Source: Pseudomonadota bacterium (GTDB lineage: Bacteria; Pseudomonadota; Alphaproteobacteria; RF32; CAG-239). From it: 60,358 nt of DNA. The position numbers and the translations under genes were made by a program. The stretch is taken from NCBI GenBank assembly GCA_030523245.1, contig JAUNIW010000004.1, positions 1 to 60,358 of the forward strand, written 5' to 3'. Shown here piece by piece: positions 47,172 through 57,638 of this stretch. The notes under the pieces were generated by a model that had not been told where the DNA came from, made no database searches, and worked only from the letters and a program-made list of their open reading frames with translations. Each line of letters opens with the position of its first letter. The first letter of the stretch is position 1.

Positions 47172-47882
47172 ATGCTTACGGTTAAGAATTTATGTAAGAA
47201 TTTCGGAGCCATAAAGGCTGTTCAGGATATCAGTTTCAGCTTAAAAAAAGGTGAAACGGCCGTTTTGCTGGGGGAAAACGGCGCGGGTAAATCTACGTTG
47301 CTGCGGATAATCAGCGGTTATCTGGAGGCAGATGCCGGTGATGTTTTGATAAACGGTACTGATTTGCGGCAGGATAAAACGGCATATTTGCAAAAAACAG
47401 GGTATGTGCAGGAGATTTCTTCCTTATACGGAGAAATGACGGTTTGCGAGTTTTTAGAGTTTGTGGCGAATATCAGAAAAATTACCCCTGAACGGATTGC
47501 CGAGAAAATAAAAACGGTTTTGCAACAGCTGGAGCTGGAAAATGTTTTGATACAACGTCTGGATACCTTGTCCAAAGGTTTTAAAAAACGGGTGGAACTG
47601 GCTTCGGTGCTTTTGGCCGAGCCGGAGGTTCTGCTTTTGGACGAGCCGACGGAAGGACTGGATCCGCTGCAAAAGGAAACTATTCGCAAAATTATTAAAA
47701 ATTATGCCAAAGAACATATCGTGATTATCTCTACGCATGCGCTGGAAGATACCGAAGCGCTGGGCGGACGGATTTTACTGGTTCATCAGGGAAAATTAGC
47801 AGCTGATGAAAGTCTGCGTTCTTTTAAAAAAGTGGCAAAAAATGATTTGCTGGCATCGTTTAAAAAGGTTACGGAGGTATAA
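47172..47882 (+). CDS. ABC transporter ATP-binding protein (ABC-2/GldA-like)
   Basis: Walker A GENGAGKST, signature LSKGFKKR, Walker B LLLDEPTEGLD. Confidence 0.92.
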   Translation: MLTVKNLCKNFGAIKAVQDISFSLKKGETAVLLGENGAGKSTLLRIISGYLEADAGDVLINGTDLRQDKTAYLQKTGYVQEISSLYGEMTVCEFLEFVANIRKITPERIAEKIKTVLQQLELENVLIQRLDTLSKGFKKRVELASVLLAEPEVLLLDEPTEGLDPLQKETIRKIIKNYAKEHIVIISTHALEDTEALGGRILLVHQGKLAADESLRSFKKVAKNDLLASFKKVTEV

Positions 47883-47884
47883 TT

Positions 47885-50206
47885 ATGCAACAGTTCAAAA
47901 CTCTATTTTTGAAAGAATTCCGCGGTTATTTCCGCAGCCTGCTGGCATATATTGTCTTTTTTATCTACCTTTTTGTTTCTGTCGGTTCCGCTTTTTACTT
48001 TGGGGAATATCTGGATATTCATGGTTCGTCTCTGTATTCGCTGTTTTATCTGCAGCCGATAATTTTGGCTGTTTTGATACCGGCGATATCAATGCGTTTG
48101 TGGGCTGAAGAATACCGCTCGGGGACTGCCGAATTTATTTTGACGCAGCCGGTTCGCCTCATTTATCTGGTGCTGGCAAAATATACGGCGGTTTTTATGT
48201 TTTTTTGTCTAATGAGTTTATTTTTGCTGCCGTTTATTCTTTACAGCGCCGGCTGGCTGGTTTTAGACTGGCAAAATATTTGTATGGATTATGCCGGTTT
48301 GTGGTTGGTTACGGCTTTGTTTTGTGCTTTGGGCGGTTTTATTTCCGCATTCAGCCGCAGTATGACGCTGGCTTATCTGCTGGGCGTATTTTTTGCTGCC
48401 ATATTTGTTGCATTGCCGTATTTTTATTTGTATGCGATATACAATAATTTTTTGTTTGCGGAAGTCGGTGTGCCCGATGTGCTTTATTTTGTTTTGCTGA
48501 CGGGTGCATTTATTGTGTTCAATATTGAAATCGTTAAGTTCAGACAAAGCGTCCGGCATTCCCGTTATTGGAAATTGTCTTTGTTTATTTTTCTGGTATT
48601 ATCCGGTATTGCTCTTTTGGAATTTGCTTTAACTAATATTTTTACGGGTAAAGCGGATTTAACGCAAGCCAAGTTTTATACGCCGAAACAAGAAACAAGA
48701 CAACTGCTGAAGAATTTGAAAAATCCGGTCAGTATCGATATTTTTGCCGCAAAAGATTATGTTAACGGTAATGTGGATTATTTTCATTATGTTCAACAAA
48801 TCCAAAGGCTTTTGAAACGTTATGCGTTTTTGTCGCAAGGTATGGTTACGGTTAATATGACTTATGTTGAACCGTATTCGGCATTGGAAACGGATGTTTT
48901 GGAAAAAGGTCTTTATTTTGAAACAAATAATAAAGGCAGCAGGGATTATTTCGGGGCAGTTATCCGTGATGAATCGGGACGGGAAGAAGTTATAAAACAG
49001 TTTTTGATTCAGCGCCGGCCGTTCGCTGAAAAGGATATCGATGTTGCCCTGTTGAAACTGACTGAGCCCGAACGGGTCAAGACAATCGGCGTATATCTGG
49101 ACAATACGCAGAATCTGGATGGTTTTCGGTCAATTTTACTGAATTTGGAAAATGATTATAATGTTTTCAGTGTTTCATCGTCCATGTATGATTTTTCAAA
49201 TAAAGTGGATATGGTTATTTTGATAAATCCTAAAGATATATCAATGGCTTTGCGCTACGGTCTGGATCAGTTTGTTTTGCGGGGAGGAAAACTTGTAATT
49301 TTCTTTGATTTTTATACGGAAAGCCAGTCGGAACTGACAAATATGGAAGATTTGCAGATTGTTGATTTTTTGAATCACTGGCGTGTGGCGTTAGAACCTG
49401 AAATGGTTGATAACGGTAAAACAGATGAACAGTTCGGCCGAAATTTGCCGGTTTTGCGTTTAAATAAGGCAGCGGTTTTCAAGGTGAAGGATAATCCGGC
49501 TGTTACGGTTAAACCGTTTATCGTTTCTGAAAAAGGACTTCTCGGAGCTGTATTGGAAGGAACTTTTACATCTTTGTATCAAGATAATCCTTACAGGGAT
49601 ACTGAGATTTTTTCGGTGATGCCGCCGTTTTTATCTGTTTCAAAAACCGGCGGACAAGTTGCCGTTGTCAGTGATGTCGATATGCTGGAAGATAAATTCT
49701 GGGTTTCTGATAACTCTCCTGATTTCAATCCCTACAGCATTATAGAAAAAAGCGGCAATGCAAGAGCATTCAGGTCTTTGATTGATTATATGCTGGGCAA
49801 TGAAATTTATGAGAAGCTGCCTTTGAATGAAGCTTTATTGAACCGCAGCAGCATTAGTCAGCAAATCTGGGAACATCTTTACAATGAAGCCGGTGCGGCT
49901 TATATTGATTTACAAAATAATGTAGTCGAGCAGCGGCGTATGCTTTATGAAAGCAGCGGCGGTGATGCTTCTCAGTTAAGCCGGCTTTGGCAGATTAGTC
50001 AGGCCGGACAACAGCTGGCTCAAGATGAAAAAAGGCTGCAAAATATTGAATACGGTATGAAAACGGCATATTCTTCCCAAGTTATCAAAATGATGCTGGG
50101 GCAGATTGTTTTGCTGCCGTTGTTTCTTGTTTTGCTGCTGGCAGCCCTTTTGAAATGGCGCTATATTTATAATAACCGTAAAATGGAGGAAAAATACCAT
50201 GTCTAA
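47885..50206 (+). CDS. fused ABC-2 permease (GldF-like) and GldG-like auxiliary domain protein
   Basis: 773-aa ORF. The N-terminal ~240 aa is a polytopic ABC-2-type permease. It is followed by a large extracytoplasmic domain and a C-terminal TM helix, as in GldG-family proteins. Confidence 0.8.
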   Translation: MQQFKTLFLKEFRGYFRSLLAYIVFFIYLFVSVGSAFYFGEYLDIHGSSLYSLFYLQPIILAVLIPAISMRLWAEEYRSGTAEFILTQPVRLIYLVLAKYTAVFMFFCLMSLFLLPFILYSAGWLVLDWQNICMDYAGLWLVTALFCALGGFISAFSRSMTLAYLLGVFFAAIFVALPYFYLYAIYNNFLFAEVGVPDVLYFVLLTGAFIVFNIEIVKFRQSVRHSRYWKLSLFIFLVLSGIALLEFALTNIFTGKADLTQAKFYTPKQETRQLLKNLKNPVSIDIFAAKDYVNGNVDYFHYVQQIQRLLKRYAFLSQGMVTVNMTYVEPYSALETDVLEKGLYFETNNKGSRDYFGAVIRDESGREEVIKQFLIQRRPFAEKDIDVALLKLTEPERVKTIGVYLDNTQNLDGFRSILLNLENDYNVFSVSSSMYDFSNKVDMVILINPKDISMALRYGLDQFVLRGGKLVIFFDFYTESQSELTNMEDLQIVDFLNHWRVALEPEMVDNGKTDEQFGRNLPVLRLNKAAVFKVKDNPAVTVKPFIVSEKGLLGAVLEGTFTSLYQDNPYRDTEIFSVMPPFLSVSKTGGQVAVVSDVDMLEDKFWVSDNSPDFNPYSIIEKSGNARAFRSLIDYMLGNEIYEKLPLNEALLNRSSISQQIWEHLYNEAGAAYIDLQNNVVEQRRMLYESSGGDASQLSRLWQISQAGQQLAQDEKRLQNIEYGMKTAYSSQVIKMMLGQIVLLPLFLVLLLAALLKWRYIYNNRKMEEKYHV

Positions 50207-51203
50207 AAAATATTTGCTCGGAGCCGGAATAGGTGTTTTTGTCGTATTGCTTTTGGCTGTTTTTTCGGTTTGGTTTGCCCGTCTGAAAGCCGGTGAAAAT
50301 GTTCTCGGACATTATGTCTTTCAAAATACGCAGGACAATATTCAACAGTTGAGGCATATCAGGATGATAACACCGAAAACCGGCGAAATAAATATTTTTG
50401 CCAAAGACGGCGTCTGGTATTTTAAAGAAGCTGCGGATTATTTTGTAAATACGGGACAGTTATCTGATTTTTATTATATGGTTAACAATGCTATTTTTAC
50501 AACGGTGTCTAAAGCGGATAAGGCAGAATATGAAAAAAATCTGCTGTTGGCAGCCGATACGGATGAAGGTGACGAGCAATTTCAGGGAACCGTGGTAGAA
50601 ACATACGATGCAGAAGAAAAGCTGCTGGACAGAGTTATTATCGGTTCCGGAATAAACGGAGGGGAAAACCGTTATGCCCGAATCGAAAAATATCCTTATG
50701 TTTATACGATTAGTTCGGTACGGGGATTCTCCGGTGAAGCCAGTGCCTGGATACCTTTTCCGCTGCTGGAGATACCGGCCGGTGTTATCAGTCGGATAAC
50801 ACTGGGCAAAACGGTTCTGTCTATGGAGGCTCTGGAAATATATCTGCCGAGGTCTCTTAATTTACAGAAGTTGATTGGAACGCTGGCCTTTTTGGAATAT
50901 GAGGGTATTGCTTATCAAAAGGAGTTGGAAAAGGATTTTCCGGAATTGGTGCCGCATCATCTGGAGATTGAAACAAAGGTGGGGCTGATTTATGCTTTTG
51001 ATATTTATAAAATGGATGAAGAAAGTTATTTTCTGTCCGTAAAGCTCAAATCTACACGAATTCCGAAAAAAGAAGTTCCGTCTTTTATAAAGGAAAATCA
51101 GAAATATTTTGCCGGCTGGGTATTCAGCCTGAATCAGAATCAAGGCCGAATTCTGTATGAGATTCAGGCAAAGGATTTGTTTGACAGTTTTAAGTTTTAT
51201 TAA
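50199..51203 (+). CDS. DUF4340-like membrane-anchored protein
   Basis: 334-aa ORF with an N-terminal anchor. It overlaps the GldG-like gene by 8 nt and occupies the usual fourth position in this operon type. Confidence 0.68.
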   Translation: MSKKYLLGAGIGVFVVLLLAVFSVWFARLKAGENVLGHYVFQNTQDNIQQLRHIRMITPKTGEINIFAKDGVWYFKEAADYFVNTGQLSDFYYMVNNAIFTTVSKADKAEYEKNLLLAADTDEGDEQFQGTVVETYDAEEKLLDRVIIGSGINGGENRYARIEKYPYVYTISSVRGFSGEASAWIPFPLLEIPAGVISRITLGKTVLSMEALEIYLPRSLNLQKLIGTLAFLEYEGIAYQKELEKDFPELVPHHLEIETKVGLIYAFDIYKMDEESYFLSVKLKSTRIPKKEVPSFIKENQKYFAGWVFSLNQNQGRILYEIQAKDLFDSFKFY

Positions 51204-51239
51204 AGAAAAAGCTCGAGCAAAGTGAAGCGCACCATCCAA

Positions 51240-52180
51240 TTAAGAGAAAATTTTACGCTGTAGGCGTTTGAACAGTTTTAGAAAGTGGATGAAACCGATT
51301 TTGATGTTATTATACCGGCAATATTTTTGAAATTCATTCCAGCTTTTGTTGTCCGCAAACATTTCTTTACTTGGGTTCAGATGGTTAATCAGTGGAACAA
51401 AGCAATTGTTGAAAATGTCTTTTTTCAAAGCAAACGAATATTCGTAGGATTTTATAATGCCGCGAATGCTTTTTGTGAGCATAAACAGGCAAGCATCCAG
51501 CAGTTCGGGATTACCGCTACAAGTCTGTACCATTTGCTCGGCTACAAGAATTGTGTCTTTGAGATGTTTGGAATTGTGGGTAATGCTGTTTGGGTTGTCG
51601 CCACGGTAAAAATAGCAGGCTTTTTCGTTAACTGGATATTTTTTGAAGCCGATTTTAGCAAAAAGTGAAAATGAAAATAGTTTGTCTTCGTAACACATGC
51701 CTTCAGGAAAGCGCAATTCCTCAAGGATTTCTTTTTTATAAAGACAGCCCCAGACAAAGCAGGTACGGGTGAAAGCGCGCGGAGAGTCGAAATTGCGATT
51801 GATGATTTTGGAATTTTGATTACTGAAGTTTCTTATTTGAGAATAAATGAGATTTTCATCTCCGATATTGTCAGCGAGTTCTTTTAAGCATTCCTGATTT
51901 ATATAGTCATCGGAATCCAAGAAAAAATGTAATCTCCGGTTGCATTGGTTAAGCCGGTGTTGCGGGCTGCGGAAATTCCACCGTTGGGACGATTGATAAT
52001 TTTGATACGAGGATCTTTGGCTGCATATGATTCCAGTATGGCGGAGGAATTGTCAGGAGAACCATCGTTAACGCAAATGATTTCAATGTTTTTCCATGTT
52101 TGGTTGATGACAGAGTCCAAACATTTGGGCAGATATTTTTCAACATTGTAAATGGGGATAATAATAGATATTTTTTTCAT
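51240..52180 (-). pseudogene. family 2 glycosyltransferase interrupted by a 1-nt frameshift
   Basis: ORF 51899-52180 encodes the GT2 N-terminus (ISIIIPIYNVEKYL...VNDGSPD...GDYIF). ORF 51240-51920 continues in another frame with DSDDYI. The junction is an A6/T6 run at 51922-51927. Confidence 0.8.
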
Positions 52181-52311
52181 ATTTTACCTTTTGATTGTGT
52201 ATTTAAAGTAGATGTTTTTATCTTATCAATCGTCCAAAAATTTATCAAATATAATTTTTTACAAATTGTCAACATATCAGCCATAAATCATATATCTTAT
52301 GAGTTGTCTTT

Positions 52312-53499
52312 TTATTCGTGTAGTGCCAACCGTAAAGTGTCTTGGGCAATAACAAGCTCTTCATCAGTCGGAATAACAAAGACTTTAACTTTGGAATCCG
52401 GTGTGGAAATCATGATTTCCGTAGCGTGTTTCTTGTTATTTTCATAATCCGGTTTTATTCCGAGATAGGCCAGATGTTCCATAACAAGCTGCCGGATGAT
52501 AACACCGTGTTCACCTACGCCGGCTGTAAATACAATAGCGTCAACCCCGCCCAAAACGGCAATATACGCACCGATATACTTTAAGAGGGCATGGACATAA
52601 GTTTTGGTTGCTAAAATACATTTTTCGTTTCCGTTTAAATAACCGGATTCAATATCGCGGTTGTCGGAATAGCCGCATAGTGCCAGCATCCCGCTTTGTT
52701 TATTCATCAGTTCATTGACTTCATGCGGGGTGAGGCCGTCTTTCTTTTGAATGTAAAGCGGAATATACGGGTCAATATCGCCGCAGCGTGTTCCCATAAT
52801 AGTTCCGGCCAGAGGCGTAAATCCCATGGATGTGTCCAGACAAATGCCGTTGTCTATAGCCGATATGGAAGCACCGTTGCCCATGTGGCAGGTTATTATT
52901 TTGCCTTTTTTGCCAATGAGTTCGGCACAGCGTTCCGAAACATATTTATGTGAAGTGCCGTGAAAGCCGTAGCGGCGGATTTTGTTGCGGGTATATTGTT
53001 CTTCGGGCAGAGCATAACGATATGCTTCCGGCGGCATAGTCTGATGAAAAGACGTATCAAATACGGCAACCTGAGGAATGTCAGGCAAAGCGGCTTTAAC
53101 AGCCTTAATTCCCAACACGTGAGCCGGATTATGCAGCGGCGCCAAATCTGACAGTTCGGCAATTTGTTCAATTACTTTGTCGGTAATTAAAACGGAACCT
53201 TTAAAAATGTCTCCGCCCTGAACAATACGGTGGCCGACGGCACTTAATTCCTGCAGGTCAGTCAAGGCGCCGTTCAGAAGGCATTTCAGAACGTTCTTGA
53301 TTGCTTCCGCATGGGTCGGCATATTCACGAGTTCTTCTTTTTTTTCGGCATTTAAATGCTGGTATTTCAACACGGAGTTATTTTGGCCGATGCGTTCGGC
53401 AATACCTTTTGAAACAACATTGTAATTGTTGTTCTCAACATTGTAGAGTTGAAATTTTAACGAAGAGGAACCACAGTTGATGACAAGAATTTTTTTCAT
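52312..53499 (-). CDS. ackA: acetate kinase
   Basis: MKKILVINCGSSSLKFQLY N-terminus, colinear with AckA over 395 aa. Confidence 0.96.
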   Translation of the reverse strand: MKKILVINCGSSSLKFQLYNVENNNYNVVSKGIAERIGQNNSVLKYQHLNAEKKEELVNMPTHAEAIKNVLKCLLNGALTDLQELSAVGHRIVQGGDIFKGSVLITDKVIEQIAELSDLAPLHNPAHVLGIKAVKAALPDIPQVAVFDTSFHQTMPPEAYRYALPEEQYTRNKIRRYGFHGTSHKYVSERCAELIGKKGKIITCHMGNGASISAIDNGICLDTSMGFTPLAGTIMGTRCGDIDPYIPLYIQKKDGLTPHEVNELMNKQSGMLALCGYSDNRDIESGYLNGNEKCILATKTYVHALLKYIGAYIAVLGGVDAIVFTAGVGEHGVIIRQLVMEHLAYLGIKPDYENNKKHATEIMISTPDSKVKVFVIPTDEELVIAQDTLRLALHE

Positions 53500-53511
53500 G
53501 GCATAATCCTT

Positions 53512-54516
53512 TTACTTTGTTGCTTGAATACAGGTAATGGCAATAACACCCACAATATCTTCGGCAAAGCAGCCGCGGGAAAGGTCATTGACCGGTGCAT
53601 TCAAACCTTGCAGAATCGGACCGTAGGCTTCACAACCGCCTAAACGTTGCAGCAGTTTATAGCTGATGTTTCCGGCTTCAAGGTTTGGAAAAATTAAAAC
53701 GCTGGCGTGTCCGGCGACATGGCTGTGCGGTGCTTTTTTAGCGGCTACAACAGAATCTAAGGCAGCATCAGCCTGTAATTCACCGTCAATCTGAATGCCG
53801 GTATTTTTATATTCGTCACTTTGCAGGGCTGCTTCAACCATTTGTGTTGCACGCAAAACTTTATCAACTTCTTCGCCTTTTCCCGAACCTTTTGTAGAAA
53901 ATGAAAGCATGGCAATAGACGGTTCAATATGAAGATGAAGTGCTGTTTCGGCAGCATTCAGCGCTATATCGGCCAGTTCTTTGTCTGTCGGATTTATGAT
54001 AATGCCGCAATCAGATAAAATATAAGGTTTGTTGTTGGCCAATATGATGAAAAAAGAAGAAACGCTGCAGCCTTTTTTGGCAGACTTGATAATTTGTAAC
54101 GCCGGACGAACCGTGTCTGCCGTTGAATGATTGGCACCGGAAACCATACCGTCGGCATGGCCGGCTTTTATCATCAATGTACCGAAATAGTTGTAATTCA
54201 GAGCCAGTTTAGCTGCATCTTCGCGGGTCAGGCCTTTTTCTTTGCGCAGGTTATAGAGCAATTCGGTATATTCGGGCAGGCGGGCATCTTCTTCCGGTTT
54301 GACAAGCTCAATATCATCAAGGTTCCATCCTTTGTCTGCATAAAATTTTTTAATTTTGTCTGTGTCGCCCAGAATAATGATTTTTGCTGCTTTTTCTGTC
54401 GTAATGGTGTGGGCGGCAATTAAAACACGTTCATCTTCGCCTTCCGGAAGTACTATGGTTTTAATGTTTTCTTTTGCCCGTTCCAACAGGCTTTGGATGT
54501 AGGTGCTTTTTATCAT
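53512..54516 (-). CDS. pta: phosphate acetyltransferase
   Basis: 334-aa short-form Pta (PEGEDERVL, GMVSGANHSTADTVRPALQIIK), directly upstream of ackA. Confidence 0.93.
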   Translation of the reverse strand: MIKSTYIQSLLERAKENIKTIVLPEGEDERVLIAAHTITTEKAAKIIILGDTDKIKKFYADKGWNLDDIELVKPEEDARLPEYTELLYNLRKEKGLTREDAAKLALNYNYFGTLMIKAGHADGMVSGANHSTADTVRPALQIIKSAKKGCSVSSFFIILANNKPYILSDCGIIINPTDKELADIALNAAETALHLHIEPSIAMLSFSTKGSGKGEEVDKVLRATQMVEAALQSDEYKNTGIQIDGELQADAALDSVVAAKKAPHSHVAGHASVLIFPNLEAGNISYKLLQRLGGCEAYGPILQGLNAPVNDLSRGCFAEDIVGVIAITCIQATK

Positions 54517-54664
54517 CAGAGACGTCCTTATACAATATGTTAAAAATTTATTTATCCTTACTTAACCGCTCATTTTTTAAAATTCGATTAAAATAAATGA
54601 TAAAAGTTTTGCTTTTTTGTTTAAGCTATACTATTTTAGATTAAAAGACTCAAGGAGAATTTTT

Positions 54665-55699
54665 ATGAAAAGAGCGGTTGTTTGTTTGGTGGCAATGTTG
54701 TGGATTTTTCCGGCAGTTGCAAAAATAAGTTTTGAAGCACAGATTCCCGTAGATGTTGAAGCCGAAAATTCAGTACAGGCCAAGGATAAAGCTATGCAGA
54801 ATGCTCAGCGGCAGGGTTTTATGGAGGTGGCAGGCCGTTTGGTTTCTGCTGAGAATGCAGAGAGTCTGGGCAGTCTGAGTGATGAAGAAATTCTCCATTT
54901 TATACAGTCGGTCAGTGTATCGGAAGAAAAAGCCGGCGGCAATAAATATAAGGCTTTACTGACCGTACAGATAAATGAACCGCTTTTAAAAGATTATCTG
55001 GCCGAAAATAATATGATTGAAGTAGAAGCAACCGAGTTGTTGGTTATTCCCGTATATAAAGAAAAAGTGTATACGGGACCGCAATTATGGGAAGAAGAAA
55101 ATATCTGGCGTAAAAACTGGCGCAGCAAAGGGCTGATAAAATTCGGAACAATGCAAATCCAGACAGCTGATGCCCGTTTTCAGGATATTCCGGAATTGAC
55201 CGCGGAAAATGCTTTATATATGGGATCGGCTTTATACAGCACTGTATCGGAGCGTTTCGGTTCGGATAAAATCTATGTTATTTATGCCGTAGTGCAGGAA
55301 AACGGTGATTTAAAAATTACCGTCAAAAATGAAAAAAATAAGAGCGAAAACAGTTTCTCTGTTTATAATGATAAAAGCGAAAACCTGCTGGATAAAGCTA
55401 TTGAACAAAGCGTTATTTTTGTTTCCAATATGGAGCGGGAATCGGAAAGTATGAAAGGTTCTGCGGCCAATGGTGCATTGAATGCCGTTTATGAATACGG
55501 CAACATGCAGGACTGGCTGGCTAAAAACTCGGCTATCAGCAATCTGCCGCAAGTCGATAATATTGATATTAAAAGTCTGGGTGGCGGAAAGGTCAGCTTT
55601 ACGATTAACTTTAACGGTTCAACGGATGAACTTTTGAATGCTATGCAGGAAATCGGGCTGAGTTATGAAACCGGAAATAATTACTATATTTTGAGGTAA
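54665..55699 (+). CDS. hypothetical secreted protein
   Basis: ATG at 54665 is 7 nt after AAGGAG. Signal peptide MKRAVVCLVAMLWIFPAVA. The ORF track extends to 54617. Confidence 0.7.
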   Translation: MKRAVVCLVAMLWIFPAVAKISFEAQIPVDVEAENSVQAKDKAMQNAQRQGFMEVAGRLVSAENAESLGSLSDEEILHFIQSVSVSEEKAGGNKYKALLTVQINEPLLKDYLAENNMIEVEATELLVIPVYKEKVYTGPQLWEEENIWRKNWRSKGLIKFGTMQIQTADARFQDIPELTAENALYMGSALYSTVSERFGSDKIYVIYAVVQENGDLKITVKNEKNKSENSFSVYNDKSENLLDKAIEQSVIFVSNMERESESMKGSAANGALNAVYEYGNMQDWLAKNSAISNLPQVDNIDIKSLGGGKVSFTINFNGSTDELLNAMQEIGLSYETGNNYYILR

Positions 55700-55703
55700 G
55701 ATA

Positions 55704-56771
55704 ATGGCTAAGAAAAATGTTGACGGACAGCGGTATATGCTGATTTTGTGCGTCTTTGTCATCTGCGGTGGTTTTTTGTATGCTTTGCGGTCGGTTTTAC
55801 TGCCGTTTGTGGTGGGAATTGTTCTGGCCTATTTTTTGGATCCGCTGGTCAGTAAGGTTTCCAAAGACAGTGGTACGTCGCGTACGGTAGCAACAACCGT
55901 TGTTATGGGGCTTTCTCTGCTGGTTTTGCTGCCTATGCTTATTTTGCTTGGCAGCGCCGTCTTTTCTCAGGCAGCAGAATATGCTTTGAAATTGCCGGAA
56001 TATGTTCGGGCCTTTGTACAGAAGATTATGCCGTTAGCCGAAGAACTTAAAAACCGTTTCGGTTTGAATTATGGTAATTTGGAAAGTATGCTGCAGGAAA
56101 ATATGTCAAATTATTTGAGGATTTTGGGGAAAGTTGTGCAAAGTATTGTTGCTAACGGGTTTGCTTTTATCAATGTGCTGTCGTTATTACTGATTTCACC
56201 TGTGGTTGCTTTTTATATGCTGCGTGACTGGCATAAATTTGTGGCTAAGATTTACGAATTGATTCCGCATAAACATAAACAGTCCCTGCTGGAGGGAATG
56301 CACGAAGTTAACCGTATTATTTCCGGTTATCTGCGCGGACAGGCTCTGGTCTGCGTCTGTCTCGGCAGCTATTATTCGCTGGGTTTGTGGCTTGTCGGTC
56401 TGGATATGGGTGTTTTGGTTGGTTTTTTGGCCGGACTTATTTCTTTTATTCCGTATGTCGGAAGTATTTCCGGTTTTTTGATGGCTATGGCTTTAGTTAT
56501 TACACAGTATGGAACATTTCCTAAAATTGCGGCTGTTTTGGTCGTATTTGGTATCGGTCAGTTTGTTGAAGGTAATTTCTTAACGCCGAAACTGGTAGGG
56601 GAAAATATCGGTCTGCATCCGGTCTGGGTTATGTTTGCCTTGCTGGCCGGCGGCGTTTTGTTGGGATTGCTGGGAATGATTATTGCCGTACCTTGTGCCG
56701 CTATTATCGGAGTTCTGCTTAAATATCTGATTAAGCATTACAAGCAAAGTCCTATGTATTTGGAGGCTTAG
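55704..56771 (+). CDS. AI-2E family transporter (PerM/UPF0118)
   Basis: 355-aa polytopic ORF with the characteristic C-terminal region (QFVEGNFLTPKLVG). Confidence 0.88.
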   Translation: MAKKNVDGQRYMLILCVFVICGGFLYALRSVLLPFVVGIVLAYFLDPLVSKVSKDSGTSRTVATTVVMGLSLLVLLPMLILLGSAVFSQAAEYALKLPEYVRAFVQKIMPLAEELKNRFGLNYGNLESMLQENMSNYLRILGKVVQSIVANGFAFINVLSLLLISPVVAFYMLRDWHKFVAKIYELIPHKHKQSLLEGMHEVNRIISGYLRGQALVCVCLGSYYSLGLWLVGLDMGVLVGFLAGLISFIPYVGSISGFLMAMALVITQYGTFPKIAAVLVVFGIGQFVEGNFLTPKLVGENIGLHPVWVMFALLAGGVLLGLLGMIIAVPCAAIIGVLLKYLIKHYKQSPMYLEA

Positions 56772-57637
56772 AGGCTTTTTGCTTTCTGGCGCAGCCGCAT
56801 ATATTTTATGATATTTTCAGCCAGTTTCATCTGATGTTCTTCTTCACGGGAATAGAATTCAACTTTTTCCGGATAGTTAAGAAGTTCTGCGTGATATTGC
56901 AGATTCTGGCAGACTCTTACTTTGGCCTGACAGGTTTTCAAACGGCCGAAACCGCATTTTGGCAGAATATCGAATTTTTGTTGCAGAAGTTCTATTCGCT
57001 CATCCGGAGATATATTTCCGGCCAGTTTTTTTTCTACTTCTTTTAACTTTTGGCGGGCCAGTGTTTTTTGCTGCTGTTTTTTTTCTTCAATGTCATCTTT
57101 TTTGATTTTCTCTGTTTCTGCAGGATAAGGGTAGTTCTCAGCCGAAAGCTTGCGACAGACAAGACGCAGCATTTGCTGCGGTAAAGCCGGAACAAGACAG
57201 TCGGCATGTTGTTTAATGAGAATGGCGGTGTGTTTTAAATCGGAAATATATGATTTATCGAGCAGATTCAGCTTCTTATTCAAAATATTGAGAAAAGAAG
57301 AGTTTCCTTCCAGATATTTTTCATGTCCGATTAAGACAAGGTCATACATCTTAATACGGATTTTTTTAGGCAAATGTTCGTCATCCGCCAGTTTTTCATA
57401 ATCTTTAATACATTTTTCGGCAACGGGTTTATTTTCGTGTTCATCTTCTTCCGAAATTAAATTGATTATCTTGCGTGTGGCCGTGTCCAGTTGTTTGTAT
57501 TTTTCAAATTCGGCAGGAGGAAGTTTCTGCTCAAGTTTTTGCAGGGCTTTTTGTGCCAAATCATTGCCAGCCGCATCGTAAGTGTTAAAAAAACGATGAC
57601 TGAGATAAGCGGCAATGAGATTTTTGGATATGGTCAA
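56768..57637 (-). CDS. hypothetical protein
   Basis: 289-aa helical, Lys/Glu-rich ORF with a TTG start 1 nt after the GNAT stop. No motif recognised. Confidence 0.6.
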   Translation of the reverse strand: MTISKNLIAAYLSHRFFNTYDAAGNDLAQKALQKLEQKLPPAEFEKYKQLDTATRKIINLISEEDEHENKPVAEKCIKDYEKLADDEHLPKKIRIKMYDLVLIGHEKYLEGNSSFLNILNKKLNLLDKSYISDLKHTAILIKQHADCLVPALPQQMLRLVCRKLSAENYPYPAETEKIKKDDIEEKKQQQKTLARQKLKEVEKKLAGNISPDERIELLQQKFDILPKCGFGRLKTCQAKVRVCQNLQYHAELLNYPEKVEFYSREEEHQMKLAENIIKYMRLRQKAKSL

Positions 57638-57638
57638 A

